A stretch of 64,000 nt of DNA. Source: Cycas panzhihuaensis (Eukaryota; Plantae; Cycadophyta). Every line of letters begins with the position of its first letter. The stretch's first letter is position 1. The stretch is taken from contig CM041465.1 in NCBI GenBank assembly GCA_023213395.1, positions 182,783,741 to 182,847,740 on the forward strand. The letters are read 5' to 3'. The notes under the pieces were generated by a model. The model saw nothing but the letters and a program-made list of their open reading frames with translations, was not told the DNA's origin and did not search any database. A program made the translations under genes and the position numbers. This document shows positions 1-13,600 of this stretch, piece after piece.

Positions 1-549
1 GGCACACTTCATGGCTTTATGGCATAGTAAATACCATGAATGTAGACAGATTTCCATGGTAGGTACAACGATTATGCAATGGCATCTTCTTCACACGAAC
101 AATAACTCAATAGTACAACATGTAACCTCCACAGACTTTGACATACATACTGAAAACACTAGTCATATAGGTGCCAATATGATTACAGGTTATAAAGCAT
201 AAATGTGATCACAAAAGAGTATAATCATGCAATATAGCCATAAACGAAGAGTAAACATAATAATGCATATGTATATGCGATCAAATCAACATTATATACC
301 AATATATCAACGTAAAACTATAATAAATAATTGAAATATCAATAAGAACCTGATAATGCAGCTATAACAGGTTTGTAGCATATTGACTTTCAAGGATGAG
401 ATCTTCTTCCACACAAGGTGAAACTTCAATCCGATTTCTCCAGTAGATAGATGGGCTTGCCAGGAATCCAACAAGTAGTCATATGCAACACTTTTGCCAA
501 GCGTATGAAGAGCTAGATCATATAAACAATTATCAAACAACCCTAATGA

Positions 550-561
550 GCTCTGATACCA
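550..561 (-). other. Primer binding site (tRNA-iMet) of X
   Basis: Exact TGGTATCAGAGC on the minus strand, 2 nt from the LTR end. Confidence 0.9.
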
Positions 562-563
562 AA

Positions 564-894
564 TGATGGATTTAGAGGAGTAGAGCAGGATGTTAGATCA
601 CAGACATATTGAGTAAACAAAGTAAGTTCTAAAGTTGGCAGTGTTAAAAAACATCAGAGAGATATTCCCACCCCTTAAATAGAGTTTTGGGGAGGCGGCA
701 AGTGCCATCACTCGACCTGCATGTTAGCTGAGAAGTAATTTCAAACAATATTAAAAAAAATAACAATAATAAATGAATACATGTACCTTAATAAAGTTGT
801 GTCGGCTTTAAGTGGCTATTAGGAGGCTTTAGATGGCCTAAGGGGGCTCAAAGGTGGCTTTGAGGGGCCCTAAGCGCACAGTTCTTTAATAACA
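564..894 (-). repeat. 5' LTR of element X (~331 bp), related to the Copia C2 LTRs
   Basis: Minus strand reads TGTTATTAAAG...CCATCA. It shares cttagggcccct, gccgaca, ctattta..ggtgggaat, gttttttaaca and gctctac blocks with 40661-41037. Confidence 0.75.
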
Positions 895-3218
895 TTGAGG
901 TGGTGGTTTATTCCACACTCCACTAAGTATTAGGATACACCATTTAGTGTTACTTAGAAAATGATAGTTTAGCTTGTTTTGTTGCATAGTATTAGATTTT
1001 TACTCTAACACTTTAAACGATATAATCTTTATTTTGTTGTGGCTTGCAATATACAAAAGCTGACCATATTTCTCTTTAAAAGCGACTATATGGGGGAGCA
1101 TATGATACGAATGACGGAAGAATAGAGGGGTAGAAATAAAGGTAAGGGATGGGTGATAGATACTACATCTCTATTTGATTAATTTTGAAGGGAAAAAAAA
1201 TACCAGAAGATTAACATGAGATTTCATCAACACTAAATTCAATAAAGTGAAGAAGAGATCTTCAACATTTTGATAAATGATAGATTACTCAGAACTAGAT
1301 TCATATCGGTAAGTTATCAAGTTTTGAAGTCATTAGTTAAGTTTATTTTAGTATATTAAAACTTGCTTGCAAATTTGCAAGTGGGTAAATGAGTTAAGAT
1401 TACTCAATTTTAGTTTACAAATTTGTGTACAACATAATATAAAGGAATATTCACATGAGTGGCATTAAGGTTAAATACAAAGAAGTGGTGTTTGCAAACT
1501 TGTGTATGAGTAAATGTTTATTTAAATAACAATATAATGGTGTAAAAACACCCATTCAAGTAAATTTATGACATATCTTTATAATCTGGGTTGTAACTGA
1601 TTGACTAATTGAGGTATCTACTTCAAAATCAATTATACAAAATATTTAAAAGGTCAACAACCCATTTGAAGAATGGAAAAGGTCAGATAAAAAAGTATAC
1701 AATCATAAAGAATGTAAAATAAAGGTCACTCACTCAATTTTTCTTTATTCATACATTGAGTATCCAACTATGTAATGAACAAAAAATGATTCAGATGACT
1801 GATATAATATATTATCTAATAAAGAAGCTAATGGAGATGGAAGAGATGATTTTGATGGTATCAGATTTATATTAACAAGTTTACAAGAGTTTCTACAGTT
1901 GAAGTGCAATTTTAGGAAGTATTTTATAGTGTGGTTAAAAGGAATTGAAGAGGTTGAATGTGTTTTCCCTTAAACTAGTTAGTTTTGCTTGAATCTTTTA
2001 CAACTTAATAATGAATGGATATGCATACTTTTTAGTGGTTATTACCAACCTATGAAGGGGAATTAACTAGACTGTATCATAAATATGTGTGTGATTTGCT
2101 ACATTAATCTCATTGGACTATTGATTTGGTGCTATAGTTATAGTTATTTTATGTGTTAATTGGGTGTGGTGCTCCCTTTTAATTATCACATATATGGTTG
2201 AGCATGGTGCTCCCTTTTATTCATGCATTGGGTTTGAGTGTGGTGGTCCCATTACTTATTTGATTATTCAAAAGTAATGCATGTAATATGGCTAGCTACT
2301 TCATGCTTGGATAGGCTTTATGTACTACGAAACATACATTTCTCATCGAGATGAGGGTGGTATGATACACATAAGTCATTAACTTTCTTATATTGCCTAG
2401 TATGTGTGGTCACTCAATGAGGTAGTCCTATGAGATTGGTATAACAACAATTCATATGTGGTATGGTATATTTTATGTTAATTATTCTAATGTATGAGTA
2501 AAGAATAAATGAGATTGATAAAACATGTAACAATTAATGAATTTATAGAAGTAAACTTTGATGACTTGGGTTGATAGAGGCTTCCCTTGATTACTTATGA
2601 TATGCATGGATTGAGTTTATCTCCCTAAATAATAAATTTATAATGAGTTGAATATAATAGATTACAACAATAGTTATTATGCCATTTTCTTGGTATGATA
2701 GCTTTTGAGGGTGGGGGCGGGGGGGGGGTGGGGTGGTGTTGTATGATGAGTGGCTACCAGTACTTTAGAATCCATATCATATGCTCTAGCTTGGAGGTAT
2801 TTTCCTTTGTAGGTTATGATTGGTTGGAGGGAAAAATCCTTTAAAAGCAATTTGGTTGGCTCTTTTGTCTATATATCCATGGCATGATGATTTTTTTTAT
2901 AATAATTATGTTATGGTTGAATTCTATTTTTATGGTTAATGCTATGATATCATTGAATGTTGCTCTTAGACGATTTGTTAGCATTAATGAAAGAACCTCA
3001 TTGGTAATTGTTAAGCATCTTTATACCTTGTATTTTGTTGACTTATTTGGGTAAGTATTCCATTATGCATTTATTATTGATTGCCTTTGTAAAATAAGTG
3101 TATAAAATAGAGTGATACTCATCTCTTTAGAAGGATTTTGGTGAACTCCATTAAGGCAAAGTCATGAGGTAGCTTAGGTTTTGATATTTTGGACATCCCA
3201 GCTTGGTGGCCTATGACA
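895..3218 (+). repeat. 5' LTR of A (partial, >2.3 kb)
   Basis: Colinear with 23996-25150 and 35640-36128. Ends ...ggcctatgaCA, 3 nt before the PBS. Confidence 0.88.
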
Positions 3219-3221
3219 AGT

Positions 3222-3233
3222 TGGTATTAGAGC
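3222..3233 (+). other. PBS (tRNA-iMet, one C>T change) of A
   Basis: TGGTATTAGAGC just after the LTR end. Confidence 0.85.
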
Positions 3234-4310
3234 AATCAAGTTTGAAGGCTGCTAAACATTTATTAAAATAATGGGTTTAGAGATAGCACATATTAACATG
3301 TCATTTCTATGCTACTCTAATACCAATACAAGTTGGTGTCAAAGCAAAGGTTAAAAGGCTCATAACAATTATTACAACTAATTTTAAAGGTTGTATCATT
3401 AATAAATATCAAGTTAATAGAGTAGAGATTGATTTGGAAGTTTATAAAGTTTATGCAAGCTGAATAGATTTGTTTTGGAGCTACCAGGTATCTTATAAAG
3501 TGATTTGTAAGCTTGGATAAATTCTAGACTTGAAGTTTGATAAATTTCTACCAAGTCTTGATAAGTTGTAGATTTTAGATTTGAAGGCAAGATTGAATTT
3601 CAAAAATACATTGTAGACTAAATTATAGAAATAAAAATAAAGTTTTGTTCAAATTTTATAGTTAGTAGAAAATTATAAATAATTTGTAGCATTATGTCAC
3701 TAGTTAAGGCAATTTAATTACTGATAGAATTGGTTTTTATTTGTAGTTGGTAGTTCGTAAACATTATTAACGAATTACAATATTGATGACAATGTTACCA
3801 AGTTGTTGAGTTGTAAATAAAGTTTCATTTTAGATTACAACATTGTTAGCAATTGTAGATGATGGTTTACAGTATGGATGTCAGTTGTAGCATGAAAATA
3901 AGAATCTAATTATTGCAATATTGTCATGTTTCATAAATTACTTTTCTATCTAATTACAATTGAAGATTGTGGATTGCATTGTTGATAAATGGTTGAATTA
4001 GGCTTTTAAAGGTTACAACCTTATAAGGAAGCTATTAGGGTTTCACAAATTAGAACCTTAATGAGATTGTTGTTGAGAAATTTTAGAGGATTTCAACATT
4101 GTAAGTTGTTACCTAGACTTTATCAAATTGTAGGTGTTGATAGTTTCATAGTTGAACTTAAATTTTATGAGTTGCAATAAAAATAAGTTATTGTTAGGGT
4201 TAGTGAAATAACAGCATTGATAAGTTACTGTCAAGATTTTTGACATTGCAATATCATTCCATTATTATCAAGGTTTTTTTTCAAAACAATATTTGACTAA
4301 TTTGTAGAGA

Positions 4311-6305
4311 ATGGAAAGATTTGGAAATGATCCTAGAATGGCCCAAGGAATCCATAGAAATATAAGTCCTGAAGAATTAGAAAGAGAGGAGAGTTCACAT
4401 AGAGATGTCTTAAGAACACTAATGAAAACAATGCATGAAATATAGGAATAATTGAGAAGCTATAGAGGGGATAATAAAAAGATCCTTAAGAACCATGAAG
4501 TTATGCTTCATAAGTTCCATCGATCAATTGAGCATGAGAGTTTTGAAAGGATTTAAAATACAAGAAGTAATGGGAGAAGGAACCAACTACCTAAACATTT
4601 GAGTAGAAAAACTAGAAATTGTAATAAGGAACATCACTTTTTTAGGACATCATCTTCAAGTGAAACATTAAGATCAAGGCCAAGATGAAGAGAACAAATA
4701 GGAATGAGGAATATACTTTAATATAAGACCAGAAAGGTAAAGCCCCCCACTTTAATAGTGAAATTAAAAGTGCTTTGGCTTTTTAACTTAGAAAGTCTTT
4801 TGTTTTGAATGATTTTCTTTCAAATAAGAAGATGAGGATAACATTGTATAACTTGAATGGTAAAGGATCTTTATGGTGGGAGCATTATAAGAAAGTAAAG
4901 GGCTTTGATGAAAGAGAATGTAGATGGAGTGAGTTTATGCAATATTTCAAAAAAAAGTACCTCTTGGAATATTATTTTAATAAAAAAGTAGAGGCTATTC
5001 ATGAGTTAAAATAAGGTAGGAAAAATATTGAAGAATTTGAGAAAGAGTTCATGGAACTATTGCAATATGTTCCCTATATGCAAGAAGAAAGAGTAAAGGT
5101 ACATAGGTTCATCATCAAATTGAATGAAGGCATTCAGAATAGGATTAAAATTCTTGAACCAAAGATCTTAGATGAGGTAATATGTAGAGCTAAACATTGT
5201 GATGATTAATGTACAAAGCCATATGATAAACTAATTTGTTGGAAATGAAAAAGGCCAATGAGAATAGGGCAATTGAGAAAAAATTTTAGAGTTCAAAGAT
5301 TTAATCAACGTAGAAGAAGCTTCAATCCTCTACAAGGTAATACAAAACCTAATTTAACTCCTACTAATATACAAGGAAATCAAGGTAAAGGGAGATGTTG
5401 CATATGCAATGTGTTCGGGTACTTTGCCATGAATTACAAAAGGCAAGAACAAGTGGAAAAGCTTATAATATTGAGTTGTTGGGCATAATAGTAAATGAAG
5501 TCTAGGGACATATGTATGTGAGAGCAATGATTGATGGAAGGCAAGTTGATCATCAATTCTTAATGGTGTAGGCAATGCGTAAGATTGTTGGATAAGATCT
5601 TACTCTATTAATTGATTCAGGAAGCAACCATAGCTTTATACATCCAAGGATTATTGAGAAGTATGGACTCGAGGCATAATAACATAAGATGAAATGGATA
5701 ACTCATATAGCTAATGGTAGTAAGAGGAAGATAACCAAGTTCATATCCTCCTATATATTAGAATGGGAAATGTTGACAACTAAAGTTATTTTTCATGTTA
5801 TGCCACTTAGAGACTATGATTCCATCATTAGGATGGATTGACTAGAAAATTAGAAAGCTAAATATGATTATGATAAAAAGTTGATTAAATGTATGAATGA
5901 AGAAGGAAAGACTATAATTATTGAAGGTTAGAAGATTTCAACAAGTGTATAACAAATTATTACTACACGAGTAAAGAAATGTTTGACAAAAGGTTGTAAA
6001 GCAATTGCAACTCATGTTCACAAGGAAGAGACCATTAAAGGAATTAGCTTTGAAGATATATCTTTGGTGTGGGAATTCAAAGATGTATTTCTAGATGAAT
6101 TACCTAGAAATCGGGGGGACCTTAAGAAAGAGATGTAGATCATGCTAAAAGGATTTTGAGGGATAAAGCTAATATCTAAAGCTCCATACAGATTGGCTAC
6201 CACATAATTAATTAGATTGAAAATGTAACTATAAAATATGCTAGATAAATGTTTTATGAAACTAAGAATTTCCCCATGGGATCCACCAGTGTTGTTTATA
6301 AAGAA
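4311..6305 (+). pseudogene. A gag, protease and start of RT (disrupted)
   Basis: KVKPPTF-like gag start at ~4733, L-x-GKGSLWWEH capsid motif (ORF 4805-5014), decayed zinc knuckle CCICNVFGYFAMNY, protease LIDSGSNHSFI at ~5610, RT start EFKDVF...PWDPPVLFIK. Confidence 0.85.
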
Positions 6306-6954
6306 TTGTGTGGGTGAAACTACACATAATTCTGAGGAAAATTGCATCCTAATTGGCAATAAATTACAAAGAAAATTATGATTAGATGGACAATTGTAAT
6401 CACAAGCAGATTGCAGGTGGGGCTGAGGTCACGAGCGGACCATAGTTAGGGCCGAGATTATGAGCAAATCGTAGTTGAGGCTAAGATTGCGAGCAAATCA
6501 CAGTTGGGGCTGAGATCGTGAGCAAATCATAGTTGAAGTCACAAGTACCATCAGATCGTAGTTCAAGATGTGATTACAATTGGATTGTAATAGAAATTTT
6601 GGTTTTGTATCAAATGTATTGACAAATAAGAACCAACTGTTGGCATATTATATCATACCATTTTACACTGTAATCAATGGAGGCTAAACCATTGGATTTT
6701 CATATATAAAAGTAGCTAGTCTAAAAGTATGTATATGTATGAGGGATAGAACCATTTTTGTATAGGACTTTTCTTGCCATAGTAGGCTTGATGCTACTGA
6801 TTAATCCTTCTGTACTGTCGAGCCTGCATCTAGTTGTGAGAGGAGGAAATGCAGTTCCTTATATAATGATATTATGTTTCTCATCATATGGGTGTATCTT
6901 ATGCTTGTTTTACTTAATTATGTTTAATTAATAGATGAGTAGAGTAGACACACA
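6306..6954 (+). repeat. 5' LTR of B1
   Basis: T(G)TGTGTGGGTG...GACACACA, colinear with 20442-21122. Confidence 0.92.
6405..6549 (+). repeat. 29-bp tandem repeat in the B1 5' LTR (5 units)
   Basis: Unit approximately AGCAAATCACAGTTGGGGCTGAGATCGTG. Confidence 0.9.
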
Positions 6955-6955
6955 T

Positions 6956-6981
6956 TAGTTCCATTGCTAAATGAACTAGGG
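6956..6981 (+). other. PBS of B1, probably tRNA-Glu (decayed)
   Basis: TAGTTCCATTGCTAAATGAACTAGGG; B2 has TGGTTCTATTGTCGAATTGAGCCAGGG at the same position. Confidence 0.55.
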
Positions 6982-6999
6982 AGAAATTATCATCATGGA

Positions 7000-8600
7000 T
7001 ATGATCAAGTAGGTGAATCAAGATGTCTTCTATACCACCCAAGGCTAAAGTAGAATCATGACAAGAACATGGAGGGAATTGGTAGAAGGATATATTCTAA
7101 GCTAGAGTAAGGAAGCCAAGATTTGTAATGACGTTGTAGAAGCAAGTGAATAGGCAGTCACTTGTTAACTCCATAGGGAGAAGAAAATCAAGTATAAAAG
7201 GCAAAATATAGAAATAGGAGAGTATAATTGAGGAGTCTGTCAAAGGAAGGATGACACAAACTATGGATGATCAAGGGTATGTAGTAGAAGAGGATCCATT
7301 GGAAATATAAGAGAGATAGAAAGGAAAAAATAAAGAATTAATATCAGTCGAAGAGGAACCTTTAGAAGAAACACCATTTTAAGAAAATAAGAATAATTTA
7401 ATTGAATTGGAATTATATAGTATAATAAATAGAGGGTGGAATCACCATTAGCTAGAAGTAAGAACTCGTTTGAGCCATATTTTAAATTCTCTTTTTAAGT
7501 CAATGATGTCAAGCCCAAAAGGGAGTGTGGGAGGTGGAAGTTTCTGCTAGGAGAAAATCTAGGTGGTGGAGGTCCATCCTTGAATCAATCACTATTTACT
7601 AATATAAGAGGAACTAGTAATCAACCAGTCAAGCGAATAGGCCAAGCAAGTGGAACGAGAGCAGTCATACCTTATATTATTATATAAAATGATTCCACTT
7701 TCTTAAGTATTCAATTTGATGGATCCATATACCTAAGAGACTATTTGGCCTTATTCAAGAATATGTTGAAGATAAAAAGAATTGTGGACCCTAAGGAGAT
7801 AAAGGCCTAGTTTTTCTCCACACTATAGGGAGCAACGATTAGTTTGTATATAGCAGTATGAACTCTATCATCAGATAAAATACATGATTAATTTTGTAGA
7901 TCATTTACAGAATTTAAGAGACCCCATCACCATCTTTTAGGCCCTAAGAGAAATAAAGCAATACTTAGGAGAATCAGTTAATGATTTTCATGATCAAATG
8001 AAGGTTATTATGAACAAGATGTAATCAATAATGACAATCAATCCCATTCTGATAGTGAAATACTTTATACAAGGGTTGATCCCATAATTAAGGGATAAAG
8101 TAATGTTGCATCCAATGAATAATTATGAACAAGTATAGGAGCTAGCCTTGAAATTTGAAAATCAAATGAAGATAGCCTATTCTCAGTGGGCAATGCAATA
8201 TGCTCATAATATAAGACTAGATTCTTCCCATATACCATTGACAAGAGTGTAGTTTTAGGTAATGTATAATCAAAATCATGTATCCTATACAGGAACATAT
8301 CTAAAAATTGAAGTTCTAAAAAAAGAGGTGGAGGCATTAAAACAACATCCATCTGTATCAACACCTATTTACATGCATTAGAATTAGGAGATGGGAAAAC
8401 TATGTTTAGAATTAACTAGACTACGATTGGAAATATCTCGATAAAATATGTGGTGTCCCACACCTTACAACTAGTAAGGATATTCAAAGAATGAGCATAT
8501 GGCATAGTGTGAATATTATACAAAAACTAACCATAATATGTGGAAACATTTTTTCCAACCAAATAATAAGATTTATAATGTTTTTTTTTTAAGTAAGAGA
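7000..8600 (+). pseudogene. B1 gag (disrupted; 3' end lost; approximate bounds)
   Basis: QFDGS...YLALFKNML and FFSTL*GA capsid motifs at ~7710-7900; colinear with B2 gag at 25550-27060. Confidence 0.8.
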
Positions 8601-8977
8601 AGATAGGTGTTAGTGCTAACTCTAATGCTATCTTTTATTATTAAGATTATTTTTCTTATTACAAAAGTTTGTTGATTTGGACAGTTGGCCAAATCACCAA
8701 ACTCCTCTCCCATTTATTCCAGAATCTTTAATACATTATTTGGATGGAAAATTTAGGAGGTAGTATGTTGGTACGTAGGTAGGCTAGTATGAGAGGGAGG
8801 ATGAGATCCTCAACTTGTTCAAATATCCTTATTGTTATAACAATATTATTATTTACGAGGTGGTTTTTCAATCCCCTAAAGGGGTTTTCCACTTGCTAGA
8901 TCTAGTGCACTTTCTTGTGGATTTGAATGGTTCCTACATTTGTATTTTCTTCCTGTTTATGTACCCTCTCTCCATCA

Positions 8978-8989
8978 TGGTATCAGAGC
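8978..8989 (+). other. PBS (tRNA-iMet) of C1
   Basis: TGGTATCAGAGC directly after ...CCATCA. Confidence 0.92.
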
Positions 8990-10671
8990 AAGATCTACCA
9001 ACTTTCTTATGTATTCTCTGAATTCTCCTCAAACCCCAGATTAAGGCAATGATGACTTTGATTCTGAAGCACTCTAAGTAAGATGTTATCACATAAGTTG
9101 CTCCAGAAAGGAAGAGATTCGAGAGGACAAGTCAATAGATAAAACCACGAACCGAAGACTCCATTATCAAGAAACATAGGGAAGAGATGGAGGTCTACGA
9201 GAAGCTCTTAAAATAATAACCCCATCGTGCATGTCATAAACCTATTACTACTAAAGTCTATATCTCATGCACCTCCAAGCCCATGCTATCTCTCCTTTGT
9301 TCATGCCACTATATCATCAGAGAAGATTCCAAAGTACATACCATAGAAGACGCTAATGGACCAACTGTCCATGGCTCATCATTGATTGAACAACCTATTA
9401 CCAAGACTCAGAAGGAGACATGGTAGCAGAAAGAAATGTCATTATGGAGAGAAGTAGACGACAAGAACAAAGCATCTAAAGCATCTAAAGAATCCATAAC
9501 ACTTTGAGAAGAAATGAAGCTACATTGAGGAGATGTCAACGAAGTGATCCCTTTAGATACTAATGAATAGATGCTAGACACCAGAAGAATAGATACTTAC
9601 GCCTAGATGGAGATGCCCTGACAAAAGAAGGTGACTATATATTAGACTAAGAAATAATATAAGATAGAGATGGTTGTGGACTTGAGTGGATTCGACTTTT
9701 GAAGTACCACTATCACTGAGTGATATCCTGCGAAATGGAGAGAACGTTAACGAAGAAACCTTTTGAAGAAACAAAGTATCTTCACGCTAAAGCTATAAAG
9801 ATGATGCTCGGTCGTTGCCTCTATTCACCCTGGTAAAACTCGATTAGGGTTCAATTGCAAAAGTCAAATGAAACTTTTCAATCTTACTTTTGAAGTATTT
9901 CAAATCCACTAAAATCGTTTATTATTATTATTATTTTTTATGTTTGTGTTAAGTAAGTGAATTTAATGGTTGATTCAGGTCCCCCCACCCGCTAGACCCC
10001 TCTGTTTCATCACTTTTAATATGACCATGACCCTATAATAAAAAGGGTTTAAAATTTTAAATCCTTTATTTTTATTTTTTATTTTTTGATTAAAAAGGGG
10101 GTACCTTCATTTTTTCCCCATAACTTCTTCATATGGAGTTAGAATCTAATTCTGAAAGAAGCGTCAGATTCCTAACTCAATCACAGACATTTTGAATGGT
10201 CTCTCAAGTTTTTTTGATGTCGTTTTGATTAGTAGATTCTTATTCAAAGTCAAGCCTTCTTTATTGACTAGGTAAGTCCAAGTATGCATTCTTCACCCTT
10301 AATTTTTTTTATCATAATTTAATAAACAATTGATTATTTTCTTAATTCATTAAGTAATAACATTATTTATTTATATACTTCTTCATTGATTTATAAACTT
10401 TCTGAAACTATTATTTTCACTTATAAATGATATTATTAACATGCAATATTTAATTGCTTTGCTTTATATTATAACATTAATATGAATTGTCATATTCTTG
10501 ATTATTTTTTTATAAATTCCTAATTAAAAATCTTATAATTTTTTGATGAATGACTATGTTCCGTGTCTATTAATAAATTTAATTTTTTGATTCACCTATT
10601 GTTAAAGGTCAACTCCTCTTCACTTTTCCTTTAAAAGGATCTCTAATTGTTATTTTTTTTTTATTCCCAAT

Positions 10672-13600
10672 ATGTCTCTTATGCCAGGAATAACCTCTTG
10701 TGTGCCAATTCCAGTGTTAACTGGCTCTAATTATGTCGACTAGAAAAATAGAATATCCCATCAGTTTAAATAGTAGAAGATATGGCGATATGTCACAGGT
10801 GAGTTTCCAAAACCTAAAGATGGAACATCAGAAACTTATATAGTCTATCTGATGAACTGTGATGGAGCCTTAGGCACCATCCTATCCTCCCTCTTCCCAG
10901 ACATCAGTAGGCAGTTCTCTGAAATAAATGATCTAGCCATTGTTTAGAAAACTCTTAAGGAAAAGTACGATATGGTTGGTACACAATAATTAGCTACATT
11001 AGAATAATAAATGTATGATTTAAATTATGAAGATTTTTCTAAAGTTAAAGATTTCTTATCTAAACTTTAACTCATTAACAAAGACCTAGCAAATTGTATT
11101 AAATCTTCTACAAAATTAGGTGACAAAGAAGTTATTGTAATACATGCAAAAGACGACGATACACTTGTCCGTCTTATAATTAACAAATTGCCAAACCAGT
11201 TTAATCTCTTCAAAACCGCTAGGCAATAGGCAAGACATCTACTAATTATTTTTGATCAATTAATGAATCAACTTATCGAACATCAAAACATATTAATTTA
11301 GACTAGAAAATTAAAAGATTCTTCACAGGCTTTTTTTTCCAAGTCAAAATCATTTACTAAGTCTAAACATCAAAATAACTATTAAAATAGTCATCATCAT
11401 CATCCCAAATTCTAAAAACCTCATAAAGGTTCATCTACTCAAAATAATTCTCATCATAACACTAAGTATTCTAGATTTCTTAAATCTCATAATACCTCTA
11501 AATAATCATTTCTAAAAATGAATACTGCCAATACTAATCCTAATCAAAACATCAGTTGTATCTACTATCATAAAAAGGGATATACCATTGATATCTATAG
11601 GAATAGAATTACCTCTGAAGCCTAGAAAGCTTCTAAGGGGATCCAATCTCGATCTAATAATTCTTATCATTCTCTAACTACTTCTACAATAACGTTTTCA
11701 ACACCATCCACTTAACCACCCTTGTGGATTCACGATTTAGGTGCTTCCCGTCATATAATAAGACACCAAGAATATCTTAGTTCATATCACCCTGATTCAA
11801 ACTCCGAAGAAGAGATTTCTTTTGGGAGTGGAACTCAACTCAAAGTTAAAAGATCAGGTGATGTTACGTTGAAAGATGGTTCAATTAAGGATGTATTGTA
11901 TATTCCTAGCTTATTACCTAATCTTCTTTCAGTATATCAAATCTGCTAGAACGATGTTGTTATAGAGTTATAGAAAGATAAGCTTATTATCAAACAACTA
12001 TTAAACAAGTTTAAACCAAATGCCTCAAGACTTACAGATCACAAAATAGGTCTTTACAGCTTAACAAGCCTCCAACATTCTAAAACCAAAACTTTTAATA
12101 CTTTTATACCAAAATCTAACCCTATCAGTAAGCTTTGTCATGCTAGATTCGGTCATATGAGTTACAAAAAACTCCAGTATCTAACTAAGAATGATATGGT
12201 TCAAGGGTTACCTACACTAAGAACTATCTATGGTGTTTGTGAAACCTATGTAATAGGCAAACAACACATGGATCCTTTCCCAAATCACACTACCTTTCAA
12301 ATAAAAGTTCCACTTGAACTTATTCATTTTGATATATACGGTTTATTTCGAGTTCCTTTATACTCTAGAAGCAGATACTTTGTTACATTTATCGATAACT
12401 TTTCAAGAAAATATTGGGTATACATATTAAAAATAAGAAGTCAAGTATTCAACATCTTTGTTGAATTCAAAACCTTAGTAAAAAATTAAATAAATTCTAA
12501 AATTAAAATCTTTAGAATAGATAATGCTAAGGAATACTTAAGCAATAATTTTACTAATTACTATAAAAAGCATGGAATAAAATTTTAGCATTTAGTAGCA
12601 TATACTCCTCATGTAAAAACCATACACTTGTTAAAATGACTAGATGCATGTCACATGTAAAAGGTCTTGACTTAAAGTTATGGGCAGAAGTTATTATTTG
12701 CTCCAACTATTTATTAAATCATTTACTATGCAAATCCTTACAACATATTACGTCAGAATAAAAATAGTCTAGGCATAAACCTTTTGTTAAACACTTAAGA
12801 ATCTTTGGCAATGTTGCTTGGGGACATGTTCCTAAAGAAAAATGATAGAAACTTGATCCTAAAAGTTTTAAATACATCTTTGTTGATTACAACAAAGAAA
12901 GAAAAGCTTATAAACTTTTAAATCCAACCACGCATAAGATTTTAATACTTCGTGATGTTATATTTGATGAAAAAGGCTCTTCATTAAAAACTTCTTATGT
13001 GGAACTTTCAGTTGAAAATTTATTAACTAATACTTACTTGATTGATCCCAATGACATTCAAGTTGATCATGAATCAATTAAATCCTTATTTACTCAAGTT
13101 TAAAACTAGACTTTAAAAGAATCTAATACTTCTACTACACCTAGTCAACCCACTTCACCAAAGTAACAAACTAACAATAGCAAACAACCTATTTGGGCTT
13201 AAACTCTTTCTGATGTTGGTTCTAATGTTGGTAATCCTTTGGATACCAGAAGAACTCATTCACAAAAACTTCAAGCTAATTTTGCTCTAATGGCCAAAAT
13301 CATGGCCCGTGATGATCCTAAAACTTTTAAGAAAGCAAGTAACAATCTAATATGGTAACAAGCCATATAATTTGAAATAGATGCTCTTAAAAAGAACTCA
13401 ACTTAGGATTTAGTTACTCTACCTCTTAGAAATAATGTAGTTGATTGTAAATGGGTTTATCGAACTAAGTTTAACTCTGAATGAACAGTTGAAAAATACA
13501 GAGCTTGTTTAGTTATAAAAGGTTTCTCATAAATTGATGGTATTAATTATAATGAAACCTTTATTCCAATAGCTAAAATGAATACTATTAAGACTATTAT

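Larger units (their letters stand above)
1..894 (-). mobile_element. LTR retroelement X (5' LTR, PBS and start of internal leader; the rest lies left of the window), inserted in the 5' LTR of Gypsy A
   Basis: gctctgatacca at 550-561 is the reverse complement of the tRNA-iMet PBS TGGTATCAGAGC. A TG...CA-bounded block follows (564-894). Sequence after 894 matches the 3' LTR of A from ~23996. Confidence 0.8.

Noticed and set aside
8591-8607. Purine tract before the C1 LTR as the PPT of a tandem element
   Set aside because: Better explained as purine-rich B1 gag sequence; there are no upstream Copia domains.
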